From contig NC_058383.1 in NCBI RefSeq assembly GCF_018350175.1, forward strand, positions 6,140,001 through 6,204,000: a stretch of DNA of 64,000 nucleotides, written 5' to 3'. Below, in pieces: positions 50,230 through 62,339 of the stretch. Positions within the stretch are counted from its first letter, which is position 1; each line of letters opens with the position of its first letter. Both the position numbers and the translations under genes were made by a program. Source of the DNA: Felis catus. Its lineage: Eukaryota. Under the pieces are notes generated by a model. That model saw only the letters and a list, made by a program, of their open reading frames with translations. It made no database searches and was not told the origin of the DNA.

Positions 50230-51920
50230 GTGAGAATCTCAGTGGAGGCCCAGGAGGGGGTGTTGTCGTATTTGGTTTTGCTGTGATTTGTGGTTCTGTG
50301 GTGGACGGAGTGCGTTGTGCCTTGGAGTGCAGTGAGCCGTATTGTCTGTCTGTGGCGGAGTTGTATCAGTACCGTTGCTGTGAACTGTCCGGATGCCACG
50401 CATGTTACCTATTAGGACGTTTTAAAGCAAGAGTCCAAGTTCTCTGGTTTCTATATGTTAGAATCGCAATATGTCAACACCGTTTAAGATTCAGCCGGGT
50501 TTTGCTCTCATAATGGTGGTATGAACTCCTACATCTAACAGCCTCTTGGGAGGAAACTACACAAAGAACATCACCCCTGCTAGAGACTGAGAGGAGCTGT
50601 TTTCTTGCACACACCTGAGTGCCTGGCTGCCTGCCTGGAGTTTAAAACCTCCCTGCCCCTCCGTGTCTCGTCCCCCCGCATTTCTCGCTCACGCACACCA
50701 CACTGACGTAGTCCCCGACACCGTGACTTTGGACAGTCAGAACCCTGAGCTTTCCCTCTGCTGTAAAATGGGAATGATAGCATCTGTCAGTCCTGGCTTC
50801 CGGCGATGCTGTGGAGACCAAAAGAAGTGATTTTGTGCCCGCGCTTGGAAAACGTAAACCACAATACGAAAGTACCATTCTTAGAATGTTGCAATTTCAG
50901 AGTAGACCTTGCTCTGTGTTCTGGGGAATTCGGCAGCGGAGAACTCTACAGGTGAGGTGGGGTGACACTGAGCCATGTTTTCTCGTTTCTTCCCCATCTC
51001 ACTGTTGGCCTTGTGGTTTGTCAAGGCATTTGCGGAGGTATGTCAGACGCTCTTGGGATGGGGCCCCTCCTGACGGGTGTTTATCATCCCCATTTTACTG
51101 CGCTTAGAGTAACGGACGTCCTACTGCACACGGTGCGGGGGGGGTGTACATCAGGGAGTCTTCCCTTCCGTGGCCGTACTTCTGGCCACGTGGAATCTCT
51201 GAATTGCGGATAAAAACTGTGGGAGCTAACACTGAACACGGAAAGTGGGACTGAGAGCGATTGACCACTGAGCTGTCAGCACCTGGAAAAGTGCAGAAAT
51301 CTTGGCATTTCACATTCTTTGTACGATTCCATAGAGCCATCTGTCAGCCTCATCTGTAGGTCTGGTTGACGAATATTTTTAGTACCGTGGTCAGTTGTTT
51401 ATTTACGTTCATGTTCAACTTTCAGGATAAATACTTAAGGATTTTTTGAAGGCTTTTCTCATGCTAAGTTTTGAGGACAAAAGAAGTCTGTGCCCTCAGA
51501 ACTTAGTGTATTGGGAAGACCCCGTGATGTCACAGCAGAGCAGACCCCGTGATGTCACGCTCCCCTGGCCACAGGCTTGCTCGTTCCCTCCTCCATGAGG
51601 CTCTAGCGTAGCAACCTGTCAGGTCACGTCCAGCACTTGCCCATGCTCTTGAAAACAGACACAGCACAATCACATCAGGTACACAGCTCCCTCTTCCCTC
51701 CGTTGACAGATGAAATCTGAAGGCCAAGGGCAGTTAGTTTCCTTGGGCCACAGCAGTAATCTGACATTGGTAAATTGTGGCTTTTTACATGTTAATTCTT
51801 TGCTTCTGGTGGCTAGCCTTGCGAATGTAGCTAGACCATTGTAGGGTCTGTAGTGATGTTGAGATCTCTGGCTGGCAAAATTAATCGGCCTGTTTTGTAA
51901 TTTCTGGGTTTCTTCACTAG

Positions 51921-52040
51921 GAAATGAAAATTTGTTCGGCAATTATAAACCTTTTTCATCTGATCCCAGCTGCACCTCAGACTCTCGTCAAGCCTTTGTT
52001 AGAGGTGGTGATGAAAACAGAACGGGCTATGTTGATTGAG
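51921..52040 (+). CDS. TRRAP: TRRAP exon ~34
   Basis: ctag|...|gtaatg; EMKICSAIINL...RAMLIE. Confidence 0.96.
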
Positions 52041-52285
52041 GTAATGGTCAAATTGGGGTTAATTCTGATTCTTCCACCATCTGTTGGCTTGTGACGTTTT
52101 CACTTCGTCATATCTTAGATGGGGTACTCTAACAGCACAAAGATGTTCCGTGCTAGTATTCGCTTGTGACTGTTGCACGCTCCGGTTACGAGGAGGGACA
52201 AATGCATTCTCCTGCCATGGTAGGTCGGTGGACCTAAGAAGCTTCAAGCCCTGAGAGGATGCTATTTCACCCACATGTTTTCTAG

Positions 52286-52405
52286 GCCGGCAGTCCATTC
52301 AGAGAGCCTCTCATCAAGTTCTTGACTCGGCACCCCTCGCAGACGGTGGAGCTGTTCATGATGGAAGCCACACTGAACGATCCCCAGTGGAGCAGAATGT
52401 TTATG
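52286..52405 (+). CDS. TRRAP: TRRAP exon ~35
   Basis: ctag|...|gtaggc; AGSPFREPLIK...WSRMFM. Confidence 0.96.
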
Positions 52406-52804
52406 GTAGGCACACGGGGAGCTGGGGTCCAGTGTCCCTGCACATTCCTGTTGGCCGGTGTGCTCTGCAATCCGAAACTCATACTTCGTTGTTCAGTGCC
52501 CTGCTTTTCTTTTTCTGTAACGTATCCAAGTGTTAGAAACCTCATTGTCGCGTACGTGGAAAGTGTGGGCCAAGGAACCCCTGTCTGTAGGATTTGGGTG
52601 GTGTTAACAAATGAATGAACTGCTAGGATTATGGAGTCCACAGTCACGAAGTATCGTTACCGCTAAGGAGCTTTTTGTTAAAAGGGTGGTTATAGCAGCT
52701 TTTTAGCCTGCCTAGACAGATTGGGAAAGAACCATAGCGCTCATTCATCTAAACCCTTTGTGAGCCCTGACTGGCTTAAAATAGCTTGTTTGTTCTGTTT
52801 TCAG

Positions 52805-52969
52805 AGTTTTTTAAAACACAAAGATGCCAGACCTCTGCGAGATGTGCTGGCCGCTAACCCCAACAGGTTCATCACCCTGCTGCTGCCCGGTGGCCCCCAG
52901 ACCGCCGTGCGCCCTGGCTCACCCAGCACCAGCACCCTGCGCCTGGACCTCCAGTTTCAGGCCATCAAG
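52805..52969 (+). CDS. TRRAP: TRRAP exon ~36
   Basis: tcag|...|gtagcg; SFLKHKDARPL...QFQAIK. Confidence 0.96.
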
Positions 52970-53063
52970 GTAGCGTCTCCTCACCAGACACCTGAAATCT
53001 TCAAAGTTCAGGTGGGATGCTTGGAGAACCCTGCCAGTTCCCTAATTGTCGCTTCTTTCACAG

Positions 53064-53245
53064 ATCATAAGTATTATAGTTAAAAACGATGACTCCTGGC
53101 TGGCCAATCAGCATTCTCTGGTGAGCCAGTTGAGGCGTGTGTGGGTTAGCGAGACCTTTCAAGAGAGACACCGGAAGGAGAATATGGCTGCCACCAATTG
53201 GAAGGAGCCCAAGCTGCTGGCCTACTGTCTGCTGAATTACTGCAA
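53064..53245 (+). CDS. TRRAP: TRRAP exon ~37
   Basis: acag|...|gtgggt; IISIIVKNDDS...LLNYC(K). Confidence 0.95.
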
Positions 53246-53414
53246 GTGGGTGCATCCGTTGTGCTTTCTGTCCAGTGACTTGTTCCCTCCCCCCAGTAAG
53301 CTACACCGGAGCCCCTCTGGGAATTTGTGCTTAGCCGTGGTCCACTGGCCACGTGCACCCACGTCGTCGCGAAAGCAGCCGTAACATAGCCTGTTCTCTC
53401 ATTTGACCCTGCAG

Positions 53415-53613
53415 AAGGAATTATGGAGACATAGAATTGCTCTTCCAGCTGCTCCGGGCCTTTACCGGTCGTTTTCTCTGCAACATGACGTTCCTGAAAG
53501 AGTACATGGAGGAAGAGATTCCCAAAAACTACAGCATCGCTCAAAAGCGTGCCCTGTTTTTCCGTTTTGTGGACTTCAGCGACCCCAACTTTGGAGATGA
53601 ACTGAAAGCCAAG
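53415..53613 (+). CDS. TRRAP: TRRAP exon ~38
   Basis: gcag|...|gtgagt; RNYGDIELLFQ...DELKAK. Confidence 0.95.
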
Positions 53614-54070
53614 GTGAGTCTCACGGTTAGGCTGTGGTTTTGCCATGGGCGTCGGGGCTAATTTTCTAGGGAACCAGGGGCACTGTTTGTGTTCTGCTGT
53701 GTCTCCGCGGACACTTAACTAGACTCTGGACTGTTGGCGAGGAAGATGCCGCTGTTGAAAAACTTCCGGCGGGTCCAGAGTGAGCCAGTGTTGCAAAGTA
53801 GGTTGTCGGAGTCCTTGTCTTTAGTAAATGCTTCGTTTGACACGAGAAGAGTAGACAGACTCAAGTCGCTTTTCCTCCTGTTTTGACCCACCTTTCTTGC
53901 TGACTGCTTGAGTCAAAGTCAGGTGATGGGTCACACCCTTGACTGAGATCTCGCTTCACGGGTTCAGTGTCCAAGCAAACCCTGGGGGCCCTACCCACCT
54001 TGTTGAAGAACTAAAGAGCACGGAGCACAGCATTGTTTTCCTCCTCCTTCATGTTTACGTTTTCTTGTAG

Positions 54071-54199
54071 GTTCTGCAGCATATCTTGAATCCTGCTTTC
54101 TTATACAGCTTTGAGAAGGGAGACGGGGAGCAGCTCCTAGGACCTCCCAACCCAGAAGGCGATAACCCAGAGAGCATCACCAGTGTGTTTATAACCAAG
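54071..54199 (+). CDS. TRRAP: TRRAP exon ~39
   Basis: gtag|...|gtggtg; VLQHILNPAFL...SVFITK. Confidence 0.95.
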
Positions 54200-55638
54200 G
54201 TGGTGTCACTATCAGTGCTTTGGCATGAAAAGCAACGTAGTAGATGAGAGAGAACGTGTGAGTGTGTGTGCATGCGTGTTTTGTATGATGGGTTCGCTGA
54301 AATAAGCTTATTTCCCTAAGGTTCTAATCTTCCACAGTTGGCATTGGTTTATAGAATTGCGTTGGTCGTATTAGAATGCAGTGCATTTTTTTGAGGACGC
54401 TTCAGAATGAACTGACTTTCCACACAAATAGATTCCAGTGAGAAACGGAACATATGTCAGTGAACAGTTAGATGTTGGAGTTGTTTTGTAAAAATCCCTC
54501 TCGCTGGTTAGAGTCTTGACACATGGTTTTTGTCTTCACTTTTGCAAAAGAATCTACTAAAAGTCAGTGGAAACAGACCAGATCTAGTTGCCACCGTGAC
54601 CCTTATTGTCAAGTTAACGAGACCAGTGTGACAGCAGGGATGTCTGAGGTTACCTTAGGTGTTAGGTCTCTGTATGTTTACAGTAGCGTTTCCGGTTTGT
54701 GCTAGAGAGGTTTTCCTGAGTGACGTGTTTGAGAAATGGCTCCCCGGCGTTCCTCTTGGTGCCTCGGCTGTCCTGTGCTGGCTTGGCCTTTGAACTTTGC
54801 CTGCAGGTGCTGTGTTCACCTGCAGGCTGGTAGAGCGTTCTGTATACACGTGGTTTGTTGGAGTGCAGTGACCAATGGGCATTCCTCTGCAGGGTGTTGT
54901 CTGAACGCCCTTTAGGAGAACCCAGTTTTCTCACTCCTTCCATCACCGTTCCGTCCTGGGGCCCAAGTGGAGGGGACTGTTCCCATTGGCAGTTTACTGG
55001 TTCCTGAAGACGGGCGTCCTTCCTGCAGTTTTCACCCCACCTCCGCTCTCTCTAGGGATGAGAGCTGAGCCCAAGGAATTGTTTTGGGTCCCCGTATTGA
55101 CACTTGCCTCATTCCGGGCAACTGGGGGAGATGGTGCCTCAGATGCGGCCCCTTCTCTTGTGCTGCCTTCTCTAGACTGTCTTTTGGGTCAGATGCTGCT
55201 GACTCAGCACAAGTGAGGAGTTGGGATTTCGAGGTCAGGTGAGGGTTAGTGGCACCGGGCAGGTGGGGGCCCCGGGAGAGGCTGCCGGGAAGCAGCAGGT
55301 CCAGGGGAGAGGGGACTCGGGGAGCCAGAGGAACCCCAGTAAAAACACAGTTGTGGTGGAAGACTTCAGCCTTTCAGAACTTTCTGGGAGAAAACGTAGT
55401 TAGGCCTGGAATGGAGAGTCAGCGCACTTGATTCAGTAGAGACCTGCGGGGTATTCCTCGGGGTGGACATGTTTTCTCATATTCATAAAACAGAAATGTG
55501 TCCGATACTTGATGACAGAAAACTGTAACAATTTCTTTAGAGATTTGTTTTCCAGGTAGCATTTTCTTACTATAATACTGCAAAATAAGGACTAGGCAAA
55601 AAATCTCAACTACTTGGAAATTAAGAAACTCTGCCCTT

Positions 55639-56025
55639 GGGGCACCTGGGTGGCTCAGCCAGTTAAGTGTCTGACTCTTGATTTAGGCTCAGGTCGTGAT
55701 CTCATGGTTCATGGGATCGAGCTCTGCGTCCCTGCTTAGGATTCTCTCTCTCCCTCTCTCTCTGCCCCTGCCCCGCTCTCATGTGCTTGCTCACTCTCAA
55801 AATAAAGAAATATTAAAAAAAAAAAAAAGAAACAGGGGCACCTGGGTGGCTCAGTTGGTTAAGTGTTCAACTTTGGCTCAGGTTATGATCTCATGGTTCG
55901 TGATTTCGAGCCTGGACCCTGCTTTGGATTCTGTGTCTCCCTCTCTCTCTGCCCACCCCAGATCATGCTCTGTCTTCTCTCTCAAAAATAAATAATTTTT
56001 TTAAAAAATTAAAAAAAAAAAAAAA
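55639..56025 (+). mobile_element. Two tandem Can-SINEs with internal deletions (about 55639-55830, 55835-56025)
   Basis: Two heads and tails. Confidence 0.88.
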
Positions 56026-56220
56026 GGAAAAAAGAAATCTCGTCCTAAAGAAGAGGCCCTCCTTTTCCCCTGAAGGTCCTTCACCCACTGTGTTCAGACT
56101 TGTAAGCCCGCCCTTCGTCAGTGAAATTCGTTCCGGGAGTTTCTGATCCGCACACATAACGGGAAAATGGGCATGACCTCGTTGGTTCTCTTGTTGTAAA
56201 GCTTGATGTTGTAGATGCCA

Positions 56221-56252
<32 letters not shown>

Positions 56253-56261
56253 TGTGTGTGT
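56221..56261. repeat. (CG)n(TG)n alternating purine-pyrimidine tract
   Basis: tgcgcgcgcgcgcgcg followed by about (tg)12. Confidence 0.95.
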
Positions 56262-56375
56262 TTAGGAGCGCGCTCGTGCGTGTGTGTTTGAAGGTGTAAA
56301 CCTGTCGTGTGGCCCTTGGTTGGTGACACGGCTCAGGACTGGACCCGAGCTCCGTTCTGCTGGTCTCGCCCGCAG

Positions 56376-56642
56376 GTGCTGGACCCGGAGAAGCAGGCGG
56401 ACATGCTGGACTCGCTGAGGATCTACCTCTTACAGTACGCCACGCTGCTGGTGGAGCACGCCCCGCACCACATCCACGACAACAACAAGAACCGCAACAG
56501 CAAGCTGCGCCGCCTCATGACCTTCGCGTGGCCCTGCCTGCTGTCCAAGGCCTGCGTGGACCCGGCCTGCAAATACAGCGGACACTTGCTCCTGGCGCAC
56601 ATCATTGCCAAGTTTGCCATACACAAGAAGATCGTCCTTCAG
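56376..56642 (+). CDS. TRRAP: TRRAP exon ~40
   Basis: gcag|...|gtaccg; VLDPEKQADML...KKIVLQ. Confidence 0.96.
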
Positions 56643-57881
56643 GTACCGCGGGGCGCCCTCCCATCCCCCCTTCACTGCGCCCCACCCCCCCTCCACAGTG
56701 GTAGCCTCCTTTGCTGTTGTCCTTCCCGGCAATGTTTAAAAATAGCTGGTTTCTGCCGTGTTACAAACACCGTGAACCCTCCCATGACCACTCACTGTGT
56801 CCCCCGCTCCGCAGTTACTGCTGTGCTCCGTCGTCCCTCTGCGGCCTTGCTGCTGAAACAGCAAAGCGTCTCCTTTGCCTGTCTCCTGCTCCTCTGCACG
56901 TTGTAACCTGGCTTCCGATCTGCTGGTCCACTGAAACCATTCTGCAAGGGCCCAGCCCGTTCCTTAGCTACAGACACTAGGCACTCTAGAGCCCTCATCC
57001 CGTACTGATCCTCTGCCAACGATGAACACCCTTCTCCGAGTCCCCGGAGGGGTTAGGCCTTGACGCCAGACCGCCCTGGGTTTGAGTTTCTGTTTTGCAG
57101 TCGCAAGTTTGTGACCCTGAGTTTAGTGTTGTCTCTGTAAGAATTAAATGCGGTAGTACACTTTAGTGCTCAGTTTGTCCCATTAATGTTGCCTAAGCGA
57201 TCGTCCTTGTCCTCTTCTGTGCGGTCACTCCTGATTGTTTTCCTCTGACCACTTCGTCTTGTGACCTCTGAGGTGTTACACCCCAGACCACAAAGCCAGC
57301 GGCCCCTCCGTCGTCACCTCCCACAGGCACGTCTCTGGGGCGCTGCTCTCCCAGCCAGAGACGCAGGGACCATCTGCGATGCCCTCTAGTTCCCGGTCGG
57401 GGCGTGGGCGAGTCCTGTTGATCTCCAGCACCTGCCCTGCCCCCTCCATCTTCCGTACCCCTCAGGTGGTCTTCGTGTCGTGACCTTACTTAACGTCAGG
57501 ACGTCACCTCTCGCGCTTTTCTAAGACTGCCGCCGAGGGCAGTCCCTTTTACTCGTGTCACGCTGTGGTGAAAGAAATGATCCCTGTACATCAGCTAACT
57601 TCCCATGAGTTACGCGAGACAGAGTCCCTGTAAGGAGCCAGGTCTTCCTCTGCGTGCTCCACCCTGGCCCAGCACGGGCACGAAGTGGGAGCTCGGTAGG
57701 AGGAGGAACAACGTATTCATCTCAAAACTTAAGGAAGGAGAAAGCAGCTTTGTTGTTTCCTGAGAAGACAGCCCTAAGGAATTTTGCAAAAACACCCGGT
57801 CTCGGTTCAAAGTGATTGTTCTCATCTCCGTTCTCCAAGCCTTCGTTCTCACCGTGCGTAAGAACCTCTTCCCTGTTTTAG

Positions 57882-58088
57882 GTCTTTCACAGTCTCCTCA
57901 AGGCTCATGCGATGGAGGCTCGAGCCATCGTGAGACAGGCGATGGCCATCTTGACTCCGGCGGTGCCAGCCAGGATGGAGGACGGGCACCAGATGCTGAC
58001 GCACTGGACGAGGAAGATCATTGTGGAGGAGGGCCACACGGTCCCGCAGCTCGTTCACATCCTGCATTTGATCGTGCAGCACTTTAAG
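57882..58088 (+). CDS. TRRAP: TRRAP exon ~41
   Basis: ttag|...|gtgtgt; VFHSLLKAHAM...IVQHFK. Confidence 0.96.
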
Positions 58089-58357
58089 GTGTGTAGAGAG
58101 CACCACGGGGGGTGGGGACCACACGCTGAGAGCACCCTAGGACCATAGGGGGTGCGTCCTGCGCGTTCAGGCATTTGCTTTCACCTCTTGCTTATCTCTG
58201 ATTGTTTGCGGTAATAATGTGGTTAGTCGTCTTTTAATAAAGGTATTTCTGGTCCGTTGGGGGGTGGGGGTGTATGTGTGTGTGTGTGCCCACTTGCGCA
58301 TGTGTGTTGGAGTCACGAGGCAGTCGTCCCGGTGTGACACAGGCCCCGTACCCCTAG

Positions 58358-58516
58358 GTCTACTACCCTGTGCGGCATCACTTGGTGCAGCACATGGTCA
58401 GCGCCATGCAGAGGTTGGGCTTCACGCCCAGCGTCACCATCGAGCAGAGGCGGCTGGCCGTGGACCTGTCTGAAGTCGTCATCAAGTGGGAATTGCAGAG
58501 GATCAAGGACCAGCAG
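58358..58516 (+). CDS. TRRAP: TRRAP exon ~42
   Basis: ctag|...|gtacgg; VYYPVRHHLVQ...RIKDQQ. Confidence 0.96.
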
Positions 58517-58612
58517 GTACGGCTGCCAGACTTGTCCTGTCATCCCAGACTGAATTCCTTCTGCTTCTCCCTAGAAATCAGTTTGTAAAGTCACACCTGT
58601 GTGTTTTTTAAG

Positions 58613-58747
58613 CCGGATTCAGACATGGACTCAAATTCAAGTGGCGAAGGAGTCAACTCTGTTTCATCTTCCATTAAAAGAGGCCTGTCGGTGGATTCCG
58701 CCCAGGAAGTGAAACGCTTTAGGACGGCCACTGGAGCCATCAGCGCG
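58613..58747 (+). CDS. TRRAP: TRRAP exon ~43 (bipartite NLS-like KRGLSVDSAQEVKRFR)
   Basis: taag|...|gtaaga; PDSDMDSNSSG...TGAISA. Confidence 0.95.
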
Positions 58748-59457
58748 GTAAGATCGAGTGCTTTCTGTTATGGGTTCTGCGCTTCTTTCATTCATTCCAC
58801 AAATTCCGAATGTGGGCTAAGTGCCCAGCACCGTGCCTGAGACACAGCCGGGAAAGGCTGCACTCACAGGTAGAACCCCAGTGACCTAGGACTTACTCGC
58901 CGTGTTTCTCATGTCACGAGACACGGTTGTTGTTGTTTTTTTGTTTTTTACATGTGTATTTAATACCTTAGAGTTCCAATGAGAATGGCTAATTCCTTGC
59001 AGGGAGGCATTGAGAGAAACGCTTTGGGGTAAGAAAATTGATCGAGAATGTGCACCCATTTGTGTTCATTTTTTTCATAGTGAACAAATGTGTTCTGTTT
59101 TGTTTGGAGAACACGAGAGAGCCAGGGAGGGGGTTGCTCGCTCTCCTCAGCCCTTGTTGAGGTGATGGCTCTGTCACTCTGTGCCTGAGGTTGACCCGTC
59201 CCTCCCCTCTACTGGTCTCTACTTGTACTCAGGTCGGACACCTCGGGCCACGGTTTTTGTCCATTTACGTGTCAGGTCCTGCTGACCCGGCCGCGGACCC
59301 TTCTTGGCATGCGCCCAGCCACCTCCCCTGCTCACTGCAGTGCCTCCCAGCTCCTCTCTCCTCTCCTGCTGCCTCTTGTCAGAATCTAAGGGAAGCTGAG
59401 TAAAGGGAGCCTGGGGCCTCTGTACTGTTACATCGTTTAAAAATGAAACTTGAAGAT

Positions 59458-59648
59458 GGGGCACCTGGGTGGCTCAGTTGGTTAAGCATCCGACTTCGGC
59501 TCAGGTCAGGATCTCATGGCTCGTTTGTGAGTTCTAAGCCCCGCATTGGACTCTTTGCTGTCAGCACAGAGCCCTCTTCGGATTCTCGGTCGCCCTTTCT
59601 GCCCCTCCCCCACTCATACTCTCTCTCAAAAATAAACATTTAAAAAAA
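59458..59648 (+). mobile_element. Can-SINE
   Basis: TSD-like aa[a/g]cttgaaga. Confidence 0.9.
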
Positions 59649-60126
59649 GAACAAGCTTGAAGAAGCAGTAGGTCAGGTTGTCTTTCCCCGGCCAAGCCCT
59701 CTCTCGGGCTGAGGCCTTCAAGGCCTGTGTGACTCAGCCCTGCTGATGGCCTTCGTGCCTCCCCCGCCCTTACCCCCCCCCCCCCCCCCCCGTTCTTGCT
59801 CACGATGCTCCAGCCACACAGGCCTTTCCTCCACTTCGGGAGTGCCCCAGGGTCTTTGTTCACTTGGGACTCATCCGCTGGCTCCTTTTCCTGTGCCTGG
59901 AGCAGCTTTGTCTGTGCTCTTCTCCTGGCTGCTGCTCCGTATGAAGAGCCGCCTTGGTGTCCTCGCGACTTTGTCGGTTGTGTCTGCAGAGACGTGCCTG
60001 CCGCCGGTCTCCCCACTGCCCAGAGCCGCCGCCCCCAGGAGGACTGTGTACCTCGAGCTGGCTGCACAAGGCCGCGCCCTGTCAGACGGAAGCATTGTTG
60101 AGAATGCTCTGCCTGCCTTTTCTTAG

Positions 60127-60237
60127 GTGTTCGGAAGGAGCCAGTCTCTGCCTGGAGCCGACTCCCTTCTTGCCAAACCCATTGATAAGCAGCACACGGA
60201 CACAGTGGTGAACTTCCTCATCCGCGTGGCTTGTCAG
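60127..60237 (+). CDS. TRRAP: TRRAP exon ~44
   Basis: ttag|...|gtgcgg; VFGRSQSLPGA...IRVACQ. Confidence 0.96.
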
Positions 60238-61157
60238 GTGCGGCTTTTGAAAGGCTTCTGTTACAGATTCTTCAGAACAGAGACTGCTTAAAGATTCTAG
60301 AATGTTATCTCTGACAGTGTAGTCAGGAACAATGTAGACAAACCAAGGTCTGAGGCCAGCTCTCTTGTACCACATTCCACTGATTTCATAACAGGCTAAC
60401 GTTTCTGAAACCTGCCTGTTTTATAAGTGATGGGATTTTTAAAAACATTTTTCCTTTCTGCGATGGTAATATTGGTATATCTCATGATTAAGGTCATCTT
60501 GGTGTTGACACAACATGGCACTCGGCCAGCGACCTTGGGCAGATTATTTAACTTCCAAATACATCTCGTAAAGGTGCTGGGATGATCCGACCTCCATAAA
60601 TTGTGGACGTTTAGTAATTTAAGTGCTTTTAAAACTTGTATTTCTTTATCATTTACGTCAATATGTATTTTCATGTATTTCTTGGGAATCTATTTCTGAA
60701 ACAATTTGAAAAAAACATTGTAAATGAAATTTTCTTAGGTAGTTTTTTTAGAATTTGGGAGCCTTAAGTTTGTATGATTACTAAACAGAATAGTAGATCT
60801 TGCAAAACCGTTGAGGGCTTCAAAGTACTGAACAAATCTGCTGAATAATTCAGCTAGTACCTTCTCGGTGCTGCAGTGTGCCAGGCCCAGCCTGTGAGGT
60901 CCGTGGGAGGAGCTTGGGTGCGCTCTTGGGGAGCTGCCTGATGCTAATCCGTCACTCCCACAGATGAGTGCAAATCCCCACAGACCCCACAGCAAGAGAG
61001 TGGGGGGGGGGGGGTGGCTGTCGGCAAGAGTCCCTGAAGTGGCAAAGGCTGAATTGAGTCAGGTGGGAAAGGAGGTGGCAGTGAAGTGGAAGCCGGGTGC
61101 CAGGGCGAGAGGCAGTGTCACGGTGAGACGTGGCCTTGAATTTAAGTGGATTTCCAG

Positions 61158-61304
61158 GTTAACGACAATACCAACACTGCGGGGTCTCCTGGGGAGGTGC
61201 TGTCTCGGCGGTGTGTGACTCTCCTGAAGACTGCCTTGCGCCCAGACATGTGGTCCAAGTCTGAGCTCAAACTGCAGTGGTTTGACAAGCTCCTGATGAG
61301 TGTG
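61158..61304 (+). CDS. TRRAP: TRRAP exon ~45
   Basis: ccag|...|gtaagt; VNDNTNTAGSP...KLLMSV. Confidence 0.96.
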
Positions 61305-61656
61305 GTAAGTGGATGTGTCTGTCACTGCCACCCGATCTTGGGGCTGGGCCACCAAACCCCAAACCCTCCATTCTCTTGGCCAATCATGGCTGCTAAGGAG
61401 GGGGAGGGAGTTTTACTCCCTGAAAAAGATCTTAAAACTTGAGCTCATGTCCCCAGCCCCAGGCAGCAAAGAGCTTTGAAAACATGATAGTTCTCTTGCA
61501 TCTTGAAGCGTCTGTTCTTAAAGTGACCTCTCGACTGGCTTGGTATAACCAATTTTAGTTGGTTTATGAAACAATCTCTAAAATAAACTTAAAACTTTAA
61601 AACAGACATATAATTTGTTATCGAGCACCATAAAATAAGGTAATAAAATTAGCCCT

Positions 61657-62075
61657 GGGATGCCTGGGTGGCTCAGTCAATTAAATGTCTGACTTTGGGG
61701 GCACCTGGGTGGCTCAGTTGGTTGAGCATCTGACTTTGGCTCAGGTCATGATTTCATGGTTCATGAGTTCAAGCCCTGCGTCGGGCTCTGTGCTGACAGC
61801 TCAGAGCCTTGAGCCTGCTTTGGATTCTGTGTCTCCCTCTCTGTCTGCTCCTCCCCTGCTCACACGCTGTCTCGTTCTCAAAACTAATAAAGATTTAAAA
61901 AAAAAAAAAAAAAAAAGTCTGACTTTGGCTCAGATCATGATCTTACGGTCCACGGGTTTGAGCCCCATGTCAGTCTCTGTGCTGACAGCACAGAGCCTGC
62001 TTGGGATTCTCTCTTTGTCCCTTCCCCACTTGGGCACGCACTCACTCGCTCTCTCTCTCAAAATAAATAAACTAA
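61657..62075 (+). mobile_element. Can-SINE containing a nested second Can-SINE (about 61698-61916)
   Basis: Inner TSD gtctgactttgg (61687-61698, 61917-61928); outer TSD aaaattagcc. Confidence 0.92.
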
Positions 62076-62339
62076 AGGGGGGGTAAGGGTTAAAAAAATT
62101 AGCCTTAGGATCTAATGTTGCTGATTATTTGGTGGGTCTTTGGTCTCTTTCTGTAAAAAACAATGATCCTGTAATTTCTGGGCAGCTGCAGACCGATTTT
62201 AAGCATTTGTTATTTTGCATTGCAAAGGGTTTTTTTTAAAAGGTTGCACAGATTACCTGTACCACAAAAACAGTGGGATCATAGGCTGCCTGTCTGCAGT
62301 ATATGCTTTGATTCTAGCTTGACATCTAACTTCAGGATT

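Noticed and set aside
45031..55638. SINE-free 10.6 kb around the alternative exons, suggesting selection
   Set aside because: Gaps of similar size occur at about 6.0-15.1 kb and 20.6-28.7 kb, so it is not distinctive
53146..60126. Longer antisense or intronic ORFs (53146-53646, 59561-60067, also 27879-28322)
   Set aside because: Shadows of TRRAP exons or GC-rich intron sequence; no recognisable domain or splice logic
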